This document shows, one piece after another, positions 1 to 45,000 of a DNA stretch of 64,000 nt. The translations under genes were made by a program, and so were the position numbers. The stretch is from Eledone cirrhosa (lineage: Eukaryota): contig OZ024748.1 in NCBI GenBank assembly GCA_964016885.1, positions 44,144,001 through 44,208,000 on the forward strand. The letters are read 5' to 3'. The notes under the pieces are model-generated. The model was not told the DNA's origin. It did not search any database and worked only from the letters and a program-made list of their open reading frames with translations. Within the stretch, counting starts at the first letter, position 1. Each line of letters starts with the position of its first letter.

Positions 1-55
1 ATATGTGTGGGTGTGTATGTGTACATATGTGTGGGTGTATATAAATGTGTGTATG

Positions 56-102
<47 letters not shown>

Positions 103-772
103 GTATGTGTGTGTGTGTGTGTATATATATCTATATATATATATATATATAAAATCTTCCCTCCACCCTTGGTTACTTCCATATTTGTATTCATTTTTCC
201 AACCCTCTCCCATTTTTTGTATTTGAAAATCTAACAGGCTACCTTGTATTTTTGCATTATTATTATTACCATCAACATCATTACCATCATCATCACCATC
301 ATTTATCACTGCTGATCTACATAATGTGGTTGTCGCCAGTTTTGAAACTATCCAATGTAATGTTGAGTGCATTGAGTATTAAATTAATTAATTAATTTAA
401 TCTGTACTTTTGGAATTTTTAAGTTTTGGTTAATTGGGTCCAACATGTTTAAGACATCCATTCTCAGTTACCTGTGTTTGTGTGAGAAAGTGGATGAGAC
501 GAGGGCAAGAGAATGACATATCTTGCTGTTGTAAACATTATTTTTAATTTTTTTAAAAACTTTTTTATTTCTTCCCTCACTGAAATGTGTATTTGAGTAA
601 ACTAGGTATTTGTACAGAGAACTGAAATAAACAGAAAAACTATGATTTAGGTTTTCGTATATCCCTAATTAGTTTAGTCATACATTCCTTTTTGATAGGG
701 TTTTACATATCACATCCTACTAGCCTAAAGATACAAAATATTTTGCTCTTTATTAAAGCATTTAAATCTACA

Positions 773-1170
773 TTAACCCTTTAGTATTTACATTACTCTA
801 TATTTACTATTGTATTTTCGTGGCAAAAGCTTTCTCACATGATATTGAATCAGTGAAATTTTGAGAACAATACCATAACATAAATATGAGCAATTGGTTA
901 TGGCCGGTTTGGACAGAAAGATGAGAATTCTGGCCAGATACAATCAGTTTAAATGGTAAAGGGTTAATGCTTTAGCATCTACATTACTTCATATATACTA
1001 TTGTATTTTCGTGGTAAAAGCTTTATCTCACATAATATCGAATCTGAGATTTTGATATTATTTATTATGAGAATACCTTAACATCAGTATGAGTAGCTAG
1101 TTACAGCCAGTTTGAACAATGTTGAGAGAATTCTGGTTGGATACAACCAGTTTAAATGCTAAAGGGTTAA
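773..1170. mobile_element. Tandem pair of piggyBac-type MITEs sharing a TTAA
   Basis: TTAA-CCCTTTAG(C/T)ATTTA ... TAAATG(C/G)TAAAGGG-TTAA ends; two copies of about 190-200 bp (777-963, 968-1166). Confidence 0.75.
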
Positions 1171-1209
1171 AGTTTATTAGTAGGTTTGGTGGTGGTGGTG
1201 GAGGCTTGG

Positions 1210-1425
1210 AAAGATGTTTTCATAGCTCTACTGTTCTTCTTCACCAACTTATTCCTGAGAGTCCTCAAATCCTCCTTCCAGCGGCTCCTGTCAGAAGCAA
1301 CTATTTCCAATTGATCTGGCTGGATTCCCAAGCATGACCAACCATCTTGCTCGGGGTTTACCCCTATCTTCTCTGCCAGTTGGTTTTGCCCGTAAAAATC
1401 TTTCCTGAGACATTCTAACAAGTCT
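1210..1425 (-). mobile_element. RTE-clade LINE 3' fragment
   Basis: Similar to the RTE fragment at 50300-50720 (LECLRK...VASDR..W...LRTL). Confidence 0.65.
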
Positions 1426-1825
1426 GTAATATTGGAGCTGTGATCTCTTAATTCTGAGAAGTAGCGGCTCTACCTGGAAATGTTATTCAGAAAATCTAAT
1501 TTAAAATCAGAGGTGTGTGGTGGTGGAATATTTCATGAGGATACTTGAGTGATGGTAATAATAATAATAATAATAATAATTTCTTAGATAGAAAAGCAGC
1601 AATTTCAGAAATACGATAGAACAGTTAATTAAATTGAACCTAGAAGCCTGAAAGACAGTTGAAGTGGGTGGGATTTGAACTCACAATGTAAAGGACCATA
1701 GATGTTACATAGCAGTTTGTTTGTAATAATTTCTGTCAATACACCTCTGATGATAATAATAATAATAATAACAATAATGGAAATATGTTTGGAACGTGAC
1801 AAGCGAGGTTTAAAATTGAAATAGA

Positions 1826-1990
1826 AATAGAAGCTTCACTGTAATATTGTGTACATAATATAGTCTAAAAATGGGGCGTGTAAACCCACAATGGAAAAAG
1901 CTCACAGGCCCATCTTTTTCTGTTCAGTGGGTTTATATGCCCCATTTTAAGACTATATTACTTAGACAATGTTACCATGAAGCTTCTATT
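1826..1990. repeat. Fold-back palindromic element, about 165 bp
   Basis: AATAGAAGCTTCA...TGAAGCTTCTATT long imperfect inverted arms; half copy near 18797-18853. Confidence 0.75.
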
Positions 1991-2148
1991 GATGATGATG
2001 ATAATAATGGTTTCTAAGATAGATACAAGGGTATGATGTGATGGTATTAAACCTGTTGTTGTCGTATGTAAATAATTCAACTGATATTGCAAAAGAACAA
2101 ACTTGAGAAAAATATGTAAAGTTGGTGACAATGATTCGTTAGTGTTGT

Positions 2149-2197
<49 letters not shown>

Positions 2198-3261
2198 GAT
2201 AGTGCTATGGTATAAGAGCAGACATGGGCAACCTGTTTCAAGGAGTGGGTCTCATTGGGTTCATATGGTGAGCTGCACTACTGAAAGATTCAAGGCAATT
2301 TTTAAATTAGGTGTGCTATTTGGAAGACTAAACGAGCCATATGTGGCCCAGAGGCTGCAGTTTGCCCACTACTTGTGTAGAGTAAGTTCTCATCTGAGTT
2401 CACATTTTTTATACAGCTTTTCTTTTCTTTTTCTTTAGCTTTTTTTTTTAAGGGAAAAAAAAAAATGTAAAAAACCTTAAAGCTAGTTCTGAAAAATGTT
2501 TCATTTTTTTAATTATTTTTAGTGAACATCACAGCTTCTTATCTCTCTCTCTCTCACCTCTCCCTTTCTCTCTCTCTCTCTCTCTCACCTCTCCCTTCCT
2601 CTCTCTCTCTCTCTCTGCTGACTGATATAAAAAAATATATATATATAATTGACTGCCTATGGTGAAAGAAACTAATAGTACTTGTTTCTTTCCTTGAAAG
2701 TTTATGGTCAAATCAATGTGGCTAATTCTACATCTGGTCAAATGACTGATAAACATGAACTCATTTTGATATGCGTGAAATACTGAACAATATTATACAA
2801 TACCAAAAAACTATTATTAAATGTTGCGAAACAGACAACAGTTCTGGAATGTTTGAATAATTTGCCTTCAAAATAACTGTGTATTCCTCTTCTTAAATTT
2901 CTGAAAATTACTCAATGAAAACCTACAGTCCTCTCTTTTTTTTTTTTTTTTTTTTTTTTTTTCTTTTCTTTTCTTTTAAGAAAAAAAACCAAACATACAA
3001 GCAAGCAAACACATAACATATTTGAAGAAGTGCATGTATGTGTGTGTGTGTGTGTGTGTAAAAATAATATATACACATGTATGTATATTATATATATATA
3101 CATATGTATATTATATGTATATATACATATGTATATTATATATATACATATTTATATTATATATATACATATGTATATTATATATATACATATGTATATT
3201 ATATATATATATATACGTATATTATATATATATATACGTATATTATATATATATATATACG

Positions 3262-3292
<31 letters not shown>

Positions 3293-3370
3293 CGTATGTA
3301 TATTATATGTATATATATATATAAAATGTGTGTATTTTAGACACCGAAAAAAAAAAAAAAATCAAGTGTA

Positions 3371-3495
3371 GGTTGTTAAAAGCGCTTCATTGTTTTACGA
3401 TTTGTTTCAGAAAGCATTTTTCTGCGGAAATCTGAATGATTGATCAATCAGCTTTCTGAAACAATCATTAAAAAAATGAAGTGTTCTTAACAACC
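3371..3495. repeat. Imperfect inverted repeat (hairpin)
   Basis: GGTTGTTAA...TTTCAGAAAGC pairs with GCTTTCTGAAA...TTAACAACC. Confidence 0.65.
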
Positions 3496-3692
3496 TTCAA
3501 AATACACCATATTTTCTTGACTCTGCAGCCTGTGTATAATACATTCTACAAAGATACCTTATGTGACTGATGACGCCTACCAAAAAAAACCTTAAACCCT
3601 GAAAGCATTACCTTGATGAATCTACCACAACAAACACTGCATTGAGTTCTATCAACATTATCGGCCCCCTCCTTAAATAGGTGTATACCAAT

Positions 3693-3729
<37 letters not shown>

Positions 3730-3833
3730 CTGTGTGTGTGTGTGTGTATATCAAAGGTATATATTGAGTTAGAAACTCAATAGTCTCTTACAATTAAATA
3801 GCTCAAAGAAAGAGGCTTTTCTGAGCTGTGTAA

Positions 3834-4099
3834 TATAAAATAGAGATAAACACATATATAAACATGTGTTCAAATCGTAAGGGACCTGGTTCGCTAGGGT
3901 GAAAAAAAAATACTAAATATTAACTATAAGGTTTGCCAGACTCGGTTTAAAAGAATAAATCAAGAAAATAAATACAAACCTATATAGGGCAACTGCCAGA
4001 AACCATATAGTCAATAGTTAGTATTTTTTTCGCCCTAGTGAACTTGGTCACTTACGATTTGAACACATGGTTATATCTGTGTTTATCTCTATTTTATAA
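3834..4099. repeat. Fold-back element with arms of about 90 bp
   Basis: 3834-3925 is the reverse complement of 4013-4099 (CATGTGTTCAAATCGTAAG...CTAGGG...TACTAA). Confidence 0.75.
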
Positions 4100-4314
4100 T
4101 CAATTATATATATATATATATATAGACACACAGTATGGAGATAAACTGGAAAGTCCTTCAGTTGCTGGCATTAATTGTGAAAATGTGTTGTGTTCATTAC
4201 GAACCATTTATTACATGCAGAATGTGTGTGTGTAATGTGTGGTGTGTGGATATATATATTATATAGAAATGACTTCTACAGGACTAGAAGGGACGCATTC
4301 ATATGATATGACCA

Positions 4315-4935
4315 CACATAAGCAGGATACAAAGTCCTCAGCTTGTCTGTTGAGGTCAGCAGCCCTTGCTTCAGTACTGACTTTGTCTAGGTAGACCTGT
4401 CCAACTCTTGCTAGTGGGGAAAGTGGACATTAAATGATGATAATGAAACAGTTCCAGTTCTGTAGAAGTCATTTCTATATAAAATAAATATATTTGTTAG
4501 CATGCGTGTTTGTTCTGTCTCTGATCTGAGGTCTAAGCTGTCTTTCATTCTTTCAGTGTTAAGGTATCTGCCCAGAGTTAATACAGCCTTGTCTTCTTTT
4601 TGGCTGTCACATACTGGATGTTCTGTTGGACGAATGAGGGCTGAGAGAATGTCTGCTTGGGACTGCATGGCCACCAAGTCATACTCCATTGCAAATGACA
4701 ACCGTTGTTTCAAGTAATAAAAAATACTTGTTAATCTAGAGTTTCACCTGTACTCACAGGATCATCAGGCAAGACTTATTCATAATAAACAATTAAACAA
4801 TATATATATCATCATTATTTAACATCTGCTTTCTCTGCTAGTAAGGGATGGACAGGTCTACATAGACGAAGTCAGTACTGAAGCAGGACTATTGACCCCC
4901 CTGACAGGCTGGGGGTGTTTGCATCTCGCTTACAT
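4315..4935. mobile_element. Inverted pair of SINE/LINE-tail copies (4315-4445 +, 4808-4935 -)
   Basis: Shared GCTTCAGTACTGACTT..TAGACCTGTCCA..GCTAG..TTAAATGATGAT tail in opposite orientations. Confidence 0.6.
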
Positions 4936-5428
4936 ACGGTCTCGCATTTGACAGCATGAATATGGTTGTGTGGTTAATATAATATATATATATACAATGC
5001 GTATGTCTTTATATATTTATGTATATATGTCGAAGGGAAAATGGCCTTAAATGTATGAGTTTCACCATCATCATCACCGTTTAACGTCCATCATGTTAGC
5101 ATGGGTTGTAATGTGAGTCTAGCCAGCTCAGGTGACCCTGTCTTGCTCATACAGATCTGTTTTTGGTTGGGTTTTCTACTGCTGGATGCCTTTCCTAATG
5201 CCAACTACATTGCAGAGTGTACTGGGTGTTTGTCTCATTTCACTACCTAACAGGGTGGACTGTGCATCTATGTATATTTGCATAATATATATTATGCATG
5301 TGTATATCTATGTATACATGTTTATATCCATATGTGTATGTGTAGGTCTATGCATATATATACACACACACAATAATCCTTTTATATGTTTTTCCATGCT
5401 TGCAGGGGTTGGATATATAATGTGTGTG

Positions 5429-5478
<50 letters not shown>

Positions 5479-6759
5479 GTGTGTATATATATATAATGTC
5501 TGTATAATTATATATATACATTGTCTGTTTTTTTTAAAAGCAATGGCTGCCCCCCCTCTCTATAAGTGTTACTTATCAAAACATCTCTTTTATATACATT
5601 TTTCTTTCTTTTCCTTTCTTTTCGTTTCCTGCTTTCCTTTCCTTAGTTATCTATTTCTCTAAACCATTAAAATTCTGCTTTATAATAAAATAATCTGGCA
5701 GAGCTTCTCTCTCCCCTCCCCCAGACTGATACAATAAAATTATATTAAGTTTCTACAATCTCTCATTCTCAACAAATCAGTTAAGTGCTCTTAGAGAAAT
5801 TGGGTGGAGAAGAAGGTATGTGTGGGTATTTGTAGTTGTGGGTATCTGTTGTTGGTGCTGGTGGTGTTTCTTTTTTATTTCAAATCCCACAACTTCAATA
5901 TATTTAAAACATCCTTCTTTTCTTCAATGTTATATTATTAGCTTGTTCTTAGCTCTTAACAAACAATTGTATTATTATTATTATTTTTCTTATTTTTCTT
6001 TCTCCTTTGCTCTTTCCCCATCTCTTCTCTATCTCTCTCTCTCCCTCCATTATCCCCTCTTCTCTCCTTCCAATCTACCCCTCTATCTTTCTCTCTGGAT
6101 ATTTCTGAAATGTAAGCCATTCTATAATGTCTAGGTTGTATAAAATCAATTGTTATACCATTCATTGCTTTCATCTCTCTTTTAATTACTTTCTCTTCTT
6201 CTTACTCTTCCTCCTCCTCTTCTTCCACATGTTGGTAGTGCAGTAGAGGCTATCATCCTGTTGCAGTGTTCAACACGTATGGTGTCTCTAGCAAAGTTAT
6301 TTTAACTTTCAGTTAAATTCTTTTTCCAGCCTATTACAGCCTCATCAGGTTGGAACTTAACCCATTTGATATCAAACCATTTGTAACTGCCCCTCGTTCT
6401 AATATACATAACTATTCATTTTAAATTATTTATCTAAAAACATTCCATTATATAAGAACTTTTATGTTCTAAACACCAGCTTAATAATGAGAAATTTAAA
6501 TCTCTCCAAATTCCTGAGCATTTTCAAAGTTATTTAAAAATCATAGGGGTTATGTTTCATTAGAAACATAAATGAAAGAGTCTGTTTTCCTTCTAAATTC
6601 TTGATTATTTTCCAAATTATTTGAAAATTATAGGCAGTGTCTTTCATTAGAAATATGGTAACAAAAGTGTTAACCCAGTCTCATGTGGTATTAAGTGACA
6701 GGAGTCCAGTCCTTCGTAAGGGTAACTGAAAACAGGGAACATAAAGTGAAGCATGATGC

Positions 6760-7070
6760 TTAACTCTTTAGCATTTACATTAATCTGTATATACTATTAT
6801 ATTTTCACAGTAAAGGCTTTACCTCGCATAACATTTACATTTCTCTATATATAATATTATATTTTCACAGTAAAGGTTTTACCGCACATAATATCTCACA
6901 TAACATTTACATTGCTCCATATATACTATTGTATTTTCACAGTAAAGGCTTTACCTCACATAATATCGAATCTTTGAGATTTTGATATTTATTTTGAGAA
7001 TAATACCTTAACATCAGTATGAGGAGAGAATTTTAGCCAGATATGGCCAGTTTAAATGCTAAAGAGTTAA
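6760..7070. mobile_element. piggyBac-type MITE with internal tandem expansion
   Basis: TTAA-CTCTTTAGCATTTA...TAAATGCTAAAGAG-TTAA; internal unit of about 55-70 bp triplicated. Confidence 0.75.
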
Positions 7071-7279
7071 GGACATGGCTCAATCTATTTAAGTGCTTAT
7101 ATGCTGGGGTAGATATAGGCTCTGTAATTCTCAGAGGAGGCAACCCAGCCAGTCTAGAGCTGTCACTTTGAATAAGTAATATTGCATGGGGTGGATGTGG
7201 ACTCCACAAGCTTTAGCAAGGGCAACCTGTCTAGGAGAGTAATCACTCTAAAAAATTGACACTGGGTAGAGAAGACTGT

Positions 7280-7925
7280 TGAGTCTGGTTAGACGTCTAG
7301 TGTCAGTGGCATGATGAAATGCACCCATCCAGTGCTGTAAAGTGGTTGGTGATAGGGAATCTAACCAGAAAAACTGCCAAAAGACTGACCTGCACTGAAT
7401 ATAAGGTTTATTCAGACTGGGTTCTTTTTCATTGTCACCAGCACGACCACTTTATAGGATGGACCGGATGACTAGTAAATGAAATATCTATTTAAACTAT
7501 GTATGATATATACTAACGTCAACATCAATAGAGTAGACCAGGTTCTGTGTGATTGATGTTGTTTAGGGCACCTTAGAAAGGTGTCTTGCTGGTGACATGA
7601 AGAAAGGCACCCAGTCTAGCCTGTCAGTTGATCATTTGTGTCACGATAAAAGGCACCCAGTCCACACTGAAAATGTTGGTTTTAGGGAGAGCATCCAGCT
7701 GCAGAAAGAATTCTATATGAGCAAGACAGTTTCACAACATTACAACTCATCTAACCCACTCTAGCATGGAAAAATGGACATTAAATAATGATGATGTTGA
7801 TGAACACAGAAACAGTTCTGTATGAGCACGATTTGGTTATCTGATCTAACTTGTCTCACAGCAGGACAACTCGTCTAACCCATGCTAGCATGGTAAAATG
7901 GATGTTAAATGGTGATGATGAAACA
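7280..7925 (+). mobile_element. Degenerate SINE copies (family with AGGAAGGGCATCCAGCTGTAGAAA core and (GAT)n tail)
   Basis: Similar to copies at 5065-5230, 16765-17165, 23175-23370 and 25155-25497. Confidence 0.55.
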
Positions 7926-9192
7926 AAGAAAAAAGTTCAGTTGGTTTATATCATATTTATTTTGACAATGGGAAGATCTGATTTTATATTTAAGTGTTTT
8001 ATATAAGATACTTGGAAGGAATACATATTTTTTTCTGTAAATCTGGGACACATGACAAACAATGTTATAAGGGATTTCATGTTCGCAATTTGGAATAAGA
8101 ATGGTTTCTGATTTAGGCAAAAGACCAACAATTTTGGGGGAGGGGAAAGTTGATTAAATCAACCCCAGTGCGTTGCTGGTACTTTATGTTATTGAGCCTG
8201 TAAAGATTGAAAGAAAACTAACCTCGGTGAGATTTGAAAGGCGATAACACTATTCCACGAAGTATGCTGTCGGACGCTCTACTGATTCTGTCAATCCACC
8301 GCTGTTAATAATGGTTTCTGATTTATTTAAATATAAGAATAACAATTTTGATTAAATCGACACCAGTGTGTTACTGGTATTTTATTTATCAACCGCCTAA
8401 AAATTCAAGATTAAAAGATCAAAGTCGGTTCTGGCAGATTTTGAACTGAGAATATAAAGAAATATATCTATGTACCGTGTCATCTCCTGAACAATATATT
8501 TATATCACAAATAAAACTAATGTTTAAGGTGAAATATGTGAGTATTTATAAGAAATGAAACAATAACATATGGTCAGAAACTGTCAGGAGAGCAGCAGAA
8601 GGTCTTAAGAGAAGAGACCCCCCCACCATCAAACAAGTGGTACGGCTCTTAACTTCTTACACTCTAAGGGAGCTGGGCCACATCCAGGTTATAACTCCTG
8701 GGTACCCTTCTGCTGACATTTAGCTATTCAGATATCAGAAACTTGCTGTGTATTTAAACAATATGGAGATTTTGTTGACAGAATCTAGCTGCAACTTCTC
8801 TCCGTTGCCTCTACTTTCAAACTTATATTTATTGTACAGGGAATAATGACAACATTAGCAGCACAAGAGAGTCACAGATAGGAATGGAAAACAGATCAAA
8901 TATTGATTACTTTGCAAAGAAAGGGGTATGGGCTTATATAAAAGCAGAACCCACATTCAAGCTGTATCCTCTGTTCTATAATTCTCTTCATTATCTGACC
9001 CCACTTAAAACTGCAACAGTAAAAGCAAGAGACAGATTTTATTGTCTCCAAATGTATCGCTCTAAGTAAGATTAAACCATGGAATTGGTTTAAAGTAAAA
9101 CAGGAAAAAAGATGTTTACAGATAAACTTAGAGAGAATGTTGACTTTTCTGATAGCCTTCAGAAGGGTTGTAAAATAAGGGATATGGGATAT

Positions 9193-9384
9193 TTAACCCT
9201 TTAGCATTTACATTATATATACTATTGTATTTTCATGGTAAAGGTTTTATCTCACATAATATTGAATCTATGAGATTTTGATATTATTTATTTTGAGAAC
9301 AATACCTTAACATCAGTATGAGTGGCCGGTTTGAATAGAACGAGGTGAGAGTTTTGGCCAGATACGGCCGGTTTAAATAGTTAA
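9193..9384. mobile_element. piggyBac-type MITE
   Basis: Same family as 773-1170; left TIR intact, right end degraded. Confidence 0.7.
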
Positions 9385-9658
9385 ACAGGCTTGCCAAAAA
9401 TATTAATAAAGTTAGTGTCCCAAAACGTGTTAATAAATAAATATTTGAAGCAGTTTAATTATCAAATAACCAGTTAGTATATTTGCGAATAGAATTAATC
9501 TCTTAAAGTACAAATTTGAGATGTTGCAAGCTACAGAAGATACAGTGTATATATGAATAAATGATGTGACGATAAAGAGTAAATTGTATTGGGAATTTCC
9601 TCCTTATGTAAATGGAAACGAATGAAAACTATGATTGAGTGAATTCTAGTGAAACCGT

Positions 9659-40448
<30,790 letters not shown>

Positions 40449-40496
40449 GATTACCACTTGAATATAAATATAAATATATATATATGTATATATCTG

Positions 40497-40529
<33 letters not shown>

Positions 40530-40644
40530 GGGTGTATATAGAATATTAGAACATAACGGTATTTCAGTTATATATAAAGGGAAAGAGATGGGAAAAAGCG
40601 ATAAGGAGAGATGGAGATAGAAAAAAAAACGAGAGGAGAAAGAA

Positions 40645-40683
<39 letters not shown>

Positions 40684-40687
<4 letters not shown>

Positions 40688-40934
40688 ATTAATAAATGGA
40701 AACTATATTTATAAAACCATATTTATTTCATTATACATATTTCAAGGACACCAAGTTAAATTATGGTGTGCTTTCATCAGACAAAATATAATATAGATCA
40801 GTTTTATATCCGGGAGCTTCCAACAGTAACGGTTGCATTTTTTTTAAGGGTATGTCAATATTTATTTATAAAACTGATCTATATTATATTTTGTCCGACG
40901 AAAGCGCACCATAGTTCAACCTGGCGTCCCTGAA

Positions 40935-40945
<11 letters not shown>
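40684..40945. mobile_element. Fold-back element with two opposed hammerhead motifs
   Basis: - strand core CTGATGA..GAAA at 40724-40788; + strand degenerate CCGACGA..GAAA near 40887-40945. Confidence 0.7.
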
Positions 40946-41028
<83 letters not shown>

Positions 41029-41067
41029 AAGTATTTCCGAAGAAAAAGCAAAGGAAAAAAAGAGTGC

Positions 41068-41100
<33 letters not shown>

Positions 41101-41277
41101 GTATATATATATGTGATATAAGCGCCTGAAGAGAGGTCACTAATTTGATGTCTCTTGTATTCTTACACCTTTGAACATAAATAAATAATATAGATAACAA
41201 TAATAATGAAAATTATTGTGTATAAGTGCTCAGGTGCACTACAAATTCAAGTGCGCTACATATATATATGAAGAAAG

Positions 41278-41335
<58 letters not shown>

Positions 41336-41345
41336 CGAGGAAATG

Positions 41346-41387
<42 letters not shown>

Positions 41388-41464
41388 CACATTCCGAGCA
41401 AATGAAATATTTATATTCCGAGGAAATAAAATGAAAAATATATATATATTATTTCATTTCTTTG

Positions 41465-41539
<75 letters not shown>

Positions 41540-41772
41540 GAAAATAAACCAAAGAAGCCTTCAATACATCAAAAGTCTTTATTAGCCAATAAAGACTTTT
41601 GATGTATTAAACAGAGCCGAAGAATTATGAAAATAAACCAAAGAAGGTTTATTTTCATAATTCTTCGGCTCTGTTTAATTACATTGAGCTATACCTTTAC
41701 TGTCATTTCTATAATGCGAAGAGGGTGTTTAACTCCAACACGCTCTAGTATTTCAATTCTTATATATATATT

Positions 41773-41805
<33 letters not shown>

Positions 41806-42042
41806 ATCAAAGAAATGAAATAATGAAATAAGATATTAAATTAAATATTAAACAATAATGAAATAATAGCAAGATTTAGTGTGTAAAAGCTGCAGTAAAA
41901 TGTAAAATATTTAAATATCTGGAAAGATGTTCCAATAATTACCACTTTCTGTTGATACTACTTTGGACGTGGTTAGACTCCCGGCAGCTGGTAGCGAGAT
42001 AAACAGCTCTCAGCTAGGCTTCTTATATTTATTGATGATGCT

Positions 42043-45000
42043 GTAGTAGTTGTTGGTGGTGGTGGTGGTGGTGTGGTGGTGGTAGTGGTGGTGTGGTGGT
42101 GGTGGTGTGGTGGTGGTGGTGGTGTGGTGGTGGTGGTGTGGTGGTGGTGGTGTGGTGGTGGTGTGGTGGTGTGGTGGTGGTGGTGTGGTGGTGGTAGTGG
42201 TGGTGTGGTGGTGGTAGTGTGGTGGTGTGGTGGTGTGGTGGTGGTGGTGTGGTGGTGGTGTGGTGGTGTGGTGGTGGTGGTGTGGTGGTGGTGGTGTGGT
42301 GGTGGTAGTGGTAGTGTGGTGGTGGTGGTGGTGTGGTGGTGGTAGTGGTGGTGTGGTGGTGGTGGTGTGGTGGTGGTAGTTGTTGGTGGTGGTGGTGGTG
42401 TGGTGGTGGTAGTGGTGGTGTGGTGGTGGTGGTGTGGTGGTGGTAGTGGTGGTGTGGTGGTGGTAGTGTGGTGGTGTGGTGGTGGTGGTGTGGTGGTGGT
42501 GTGGTGGTGTGGTGGTGGTGGTGTGGTGGTGGTAGTGGTGTAATGGTGGTGGTGTGGTGGTGGTGTGGTGGTAGTGGTGGTGTGGTGGTGGTGGTGTGGT
42601 GGTGGTAGTGGTGGTGTGGTGGTGGTGGTGGTGTAATGGTGGTAGTGGTGGTGTGGTGGTGGTGGTGTGGTGGTGGTAGTGGTGGTGTGGTGGTGGTGGT
42701 GTGGTGGTGGTGTGGTGGTGGTAGTGGTGGTGTGGTGGTGGTGGTGGTAGTGGTGGTGTGGTGGTGGTGGTGTGGTGGTGGTAGTGGTGTAATGGTGGTG
42801 GTGTGGTGGTGGTGGTAGTGGTGGTGTGGTGGTGGTGTGGTGGTGGTGGTAGTGGTGTAATGGTGGTGGTGTGGTGGTGGTGTGGTGGTGGTGGTGGTGG
42901 TGTAATGGTGGTAGTGGTGGTGTGGTGGTGGTAGTGGTGTAATGGTGGTGGTGTGGTGGTGGTGGTGGTGTGGTGGTGTAGTAGTGGTGTGGTGGTGGTG
43001 TAGTAGTGGTGTAGTAGTGGTGGTGTGGTGGTGGTGTAGTAGTGGTGTGGTGGTGTAGTAGTGGTGTAGTAGTGGTGTGGTAGTGGTGTGGTAGTGGTGT
43101 AGTAGTGGTGTGGTAGTGGTGTGGTAGTGGTGTAGTAGTGGTGTAGTAGTGGTGTAGTAGTGGTGTAGTAGTGGTGTGGTAGTGGTGTGGTAGTGGTGTA
43201 GTAGTGGTGTGGTAGTGGTGTAGTAGTGGTGTGGTAGTGGTGTGGTAGTGGTGTAGTAGTGGTGTGGTAGTGGTGTAGTAGTGGTGTAGTAGTGGTGTAG
43301 TAGTGGTGTAGTAGTGGTGTAGTAGTGGTGTGGTAGTGTAGTAGTGGTGTAGTAGTGGTGTAGTAGTGGTGTAGTAGTGGTGTAGTAGTGGTGTAGTAGT
43401 GGTGTAGTAGTGGTGTAGTAGTGGTGTAGTAGTGGTGTGGTAGTGGTGTAGTAGTGGTGTAGTAGTGGTGTGGTAGTGGTGTAGTAGTGGTGTGGTAGTG
43501 GTGTAGTAGTGGTGTAGTAGTGGTGTGGTAGTGGTGTAGTAGTGGTGTAGTAGTGGTGTAGTAGTGGTGTGGTAGTGGTGTAGTAGTGGTGTGGTAGTGG
43601 TGTGGTAGTGGTGTGGTAGTGGTGTGGTAGTGGTGTAGTAGTGGTGTAGTAGTGGTGTAGTAGTGGTGTGGTAGTGGTGTAGTAGTGGTGTAGTAGTGGT
43701 GTGGTAGTGGTGTAGTAGTGGTGTGGTAGTGGTGTAGTAGTGGTGTAGTAGTGGTGTGGTAGTGGTGTAGTAGTGGTGTGGTAGTGGTGTGGTAGTGGTG
43801 TAGTAGTGGTGTGGTAGTGGTGTAGTAGTGGTGTGGTAGTGGTGTAGTAGTGGTGTGGTAGTGGTGTAGTAGTGGTGTAGTAGTGGTGTAGTAGTGGTGT
43901 AGTAGTGGTGTAGTAGTGGTGTAGTAGTGGTGTGGTAGTGGTGTAGTAGTGGTGTAGTAGTGGTGTAGTAGTGGTGTGGTAGTGGTGTAGTAGTGGTGTA
44001 GTAGTGGTGTAGTAGTGGTGTAGTAGTGGTGTGGTAGTGGTGTAGTAGTGGTGTAGTAGTGGTGTAGTAGTGGTGTAGTAGTGGTGTGGTAGTGGTGTAG
44101 TAGTGGTGTAGTAGTGGTGTAGTAGTGGTGTGGTAGTGGTGTAGTAGTGGTGTAGTAGTGGTGTGGTAGTGGTGTAGTAGTGGTGTGGTAGTGGTGTGGT
44201 AGTGGTGTAGTAGTGGTGTGGTAGTGGTGTGGTAGTGGTGTAGTAGTGGTGTGGTAGTGGTGTAGTAGTGGTGTGGTAGTGGTGTAGTAGTGGTGTGGTA
44301 GTGGTGTAGTAGTGGTGTAGTAGTGGTGTGGTAGTGGTGTAGTAGTGGTGTGGTAGTGGTGTAGTAGTGGTGTGGTAGTGGTGTAGTAGTGGTGTAGTAG
44401 TGGTGTAGTAGTGGTGTGGTAGTGGTGTGGTAGTGGTGTAGTAGTGGTGTAGTAGTGGTGTGGTAGTGGTGTGGTAGTGGTGTAGTAGTGGTGTAGTAGT
44501 GGTGTGGTAGTGGTGTAGTAGTGGTGTGGTAGTGGTGTAGTAGTGGTGTGGTAGTGGTGTAGTAGTGGTGTAGTAGTGGTGTGGTAGTGGTGTAGTAGTG
44601 GTGTGGTAGTGGTGTAGTAGTGGTGTAGTAGTGGTGTGGTAGTGGTGTAGTAGTGGTGTAGTAGTGGTGTGGTAGTGGTGTAGTAGTGGTGTGGTAGTGG
44701 TGTAGTAGTGGTGTGGTAGTGGTGTGGTAGTGGTGTAGTAGTGGTGTGGTAGTGGTGTGGTAGTGGTGTAGTAGTGGTGTAGTAGTGGTGTAGTAGTGGT
44801 GTAGTAGTGGTGTGGTAGTGGTGTAGTAGTGGTGTAGTAGTGGTGTAGTAGTGGTGTAGTAGTGGTGTAGTAGTGGTGTGGTAGTGGTGTAGTAGTGGTG
44901 TAGTAGTGGTGTAGTAGTGGTGTAGTAGTGGTGTAGTAGTGGTGTGGTAGTGGTGTGGTAGTGGTGTAGTAGTGGTGTAGTAGTGGTGGTGTAGTAGTGG

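Noticed and set aside
4411-4713. 100-aa ORF with non-repetitive sequence
   Set aside because: It has no ATG start and no motif I can confidently recognise; possibly a decayed retroelement piece.
41126-41160. CTGAAGA plus stem as a hammerhead
   Set aside because: There is no GAAA or stem III after the stem.
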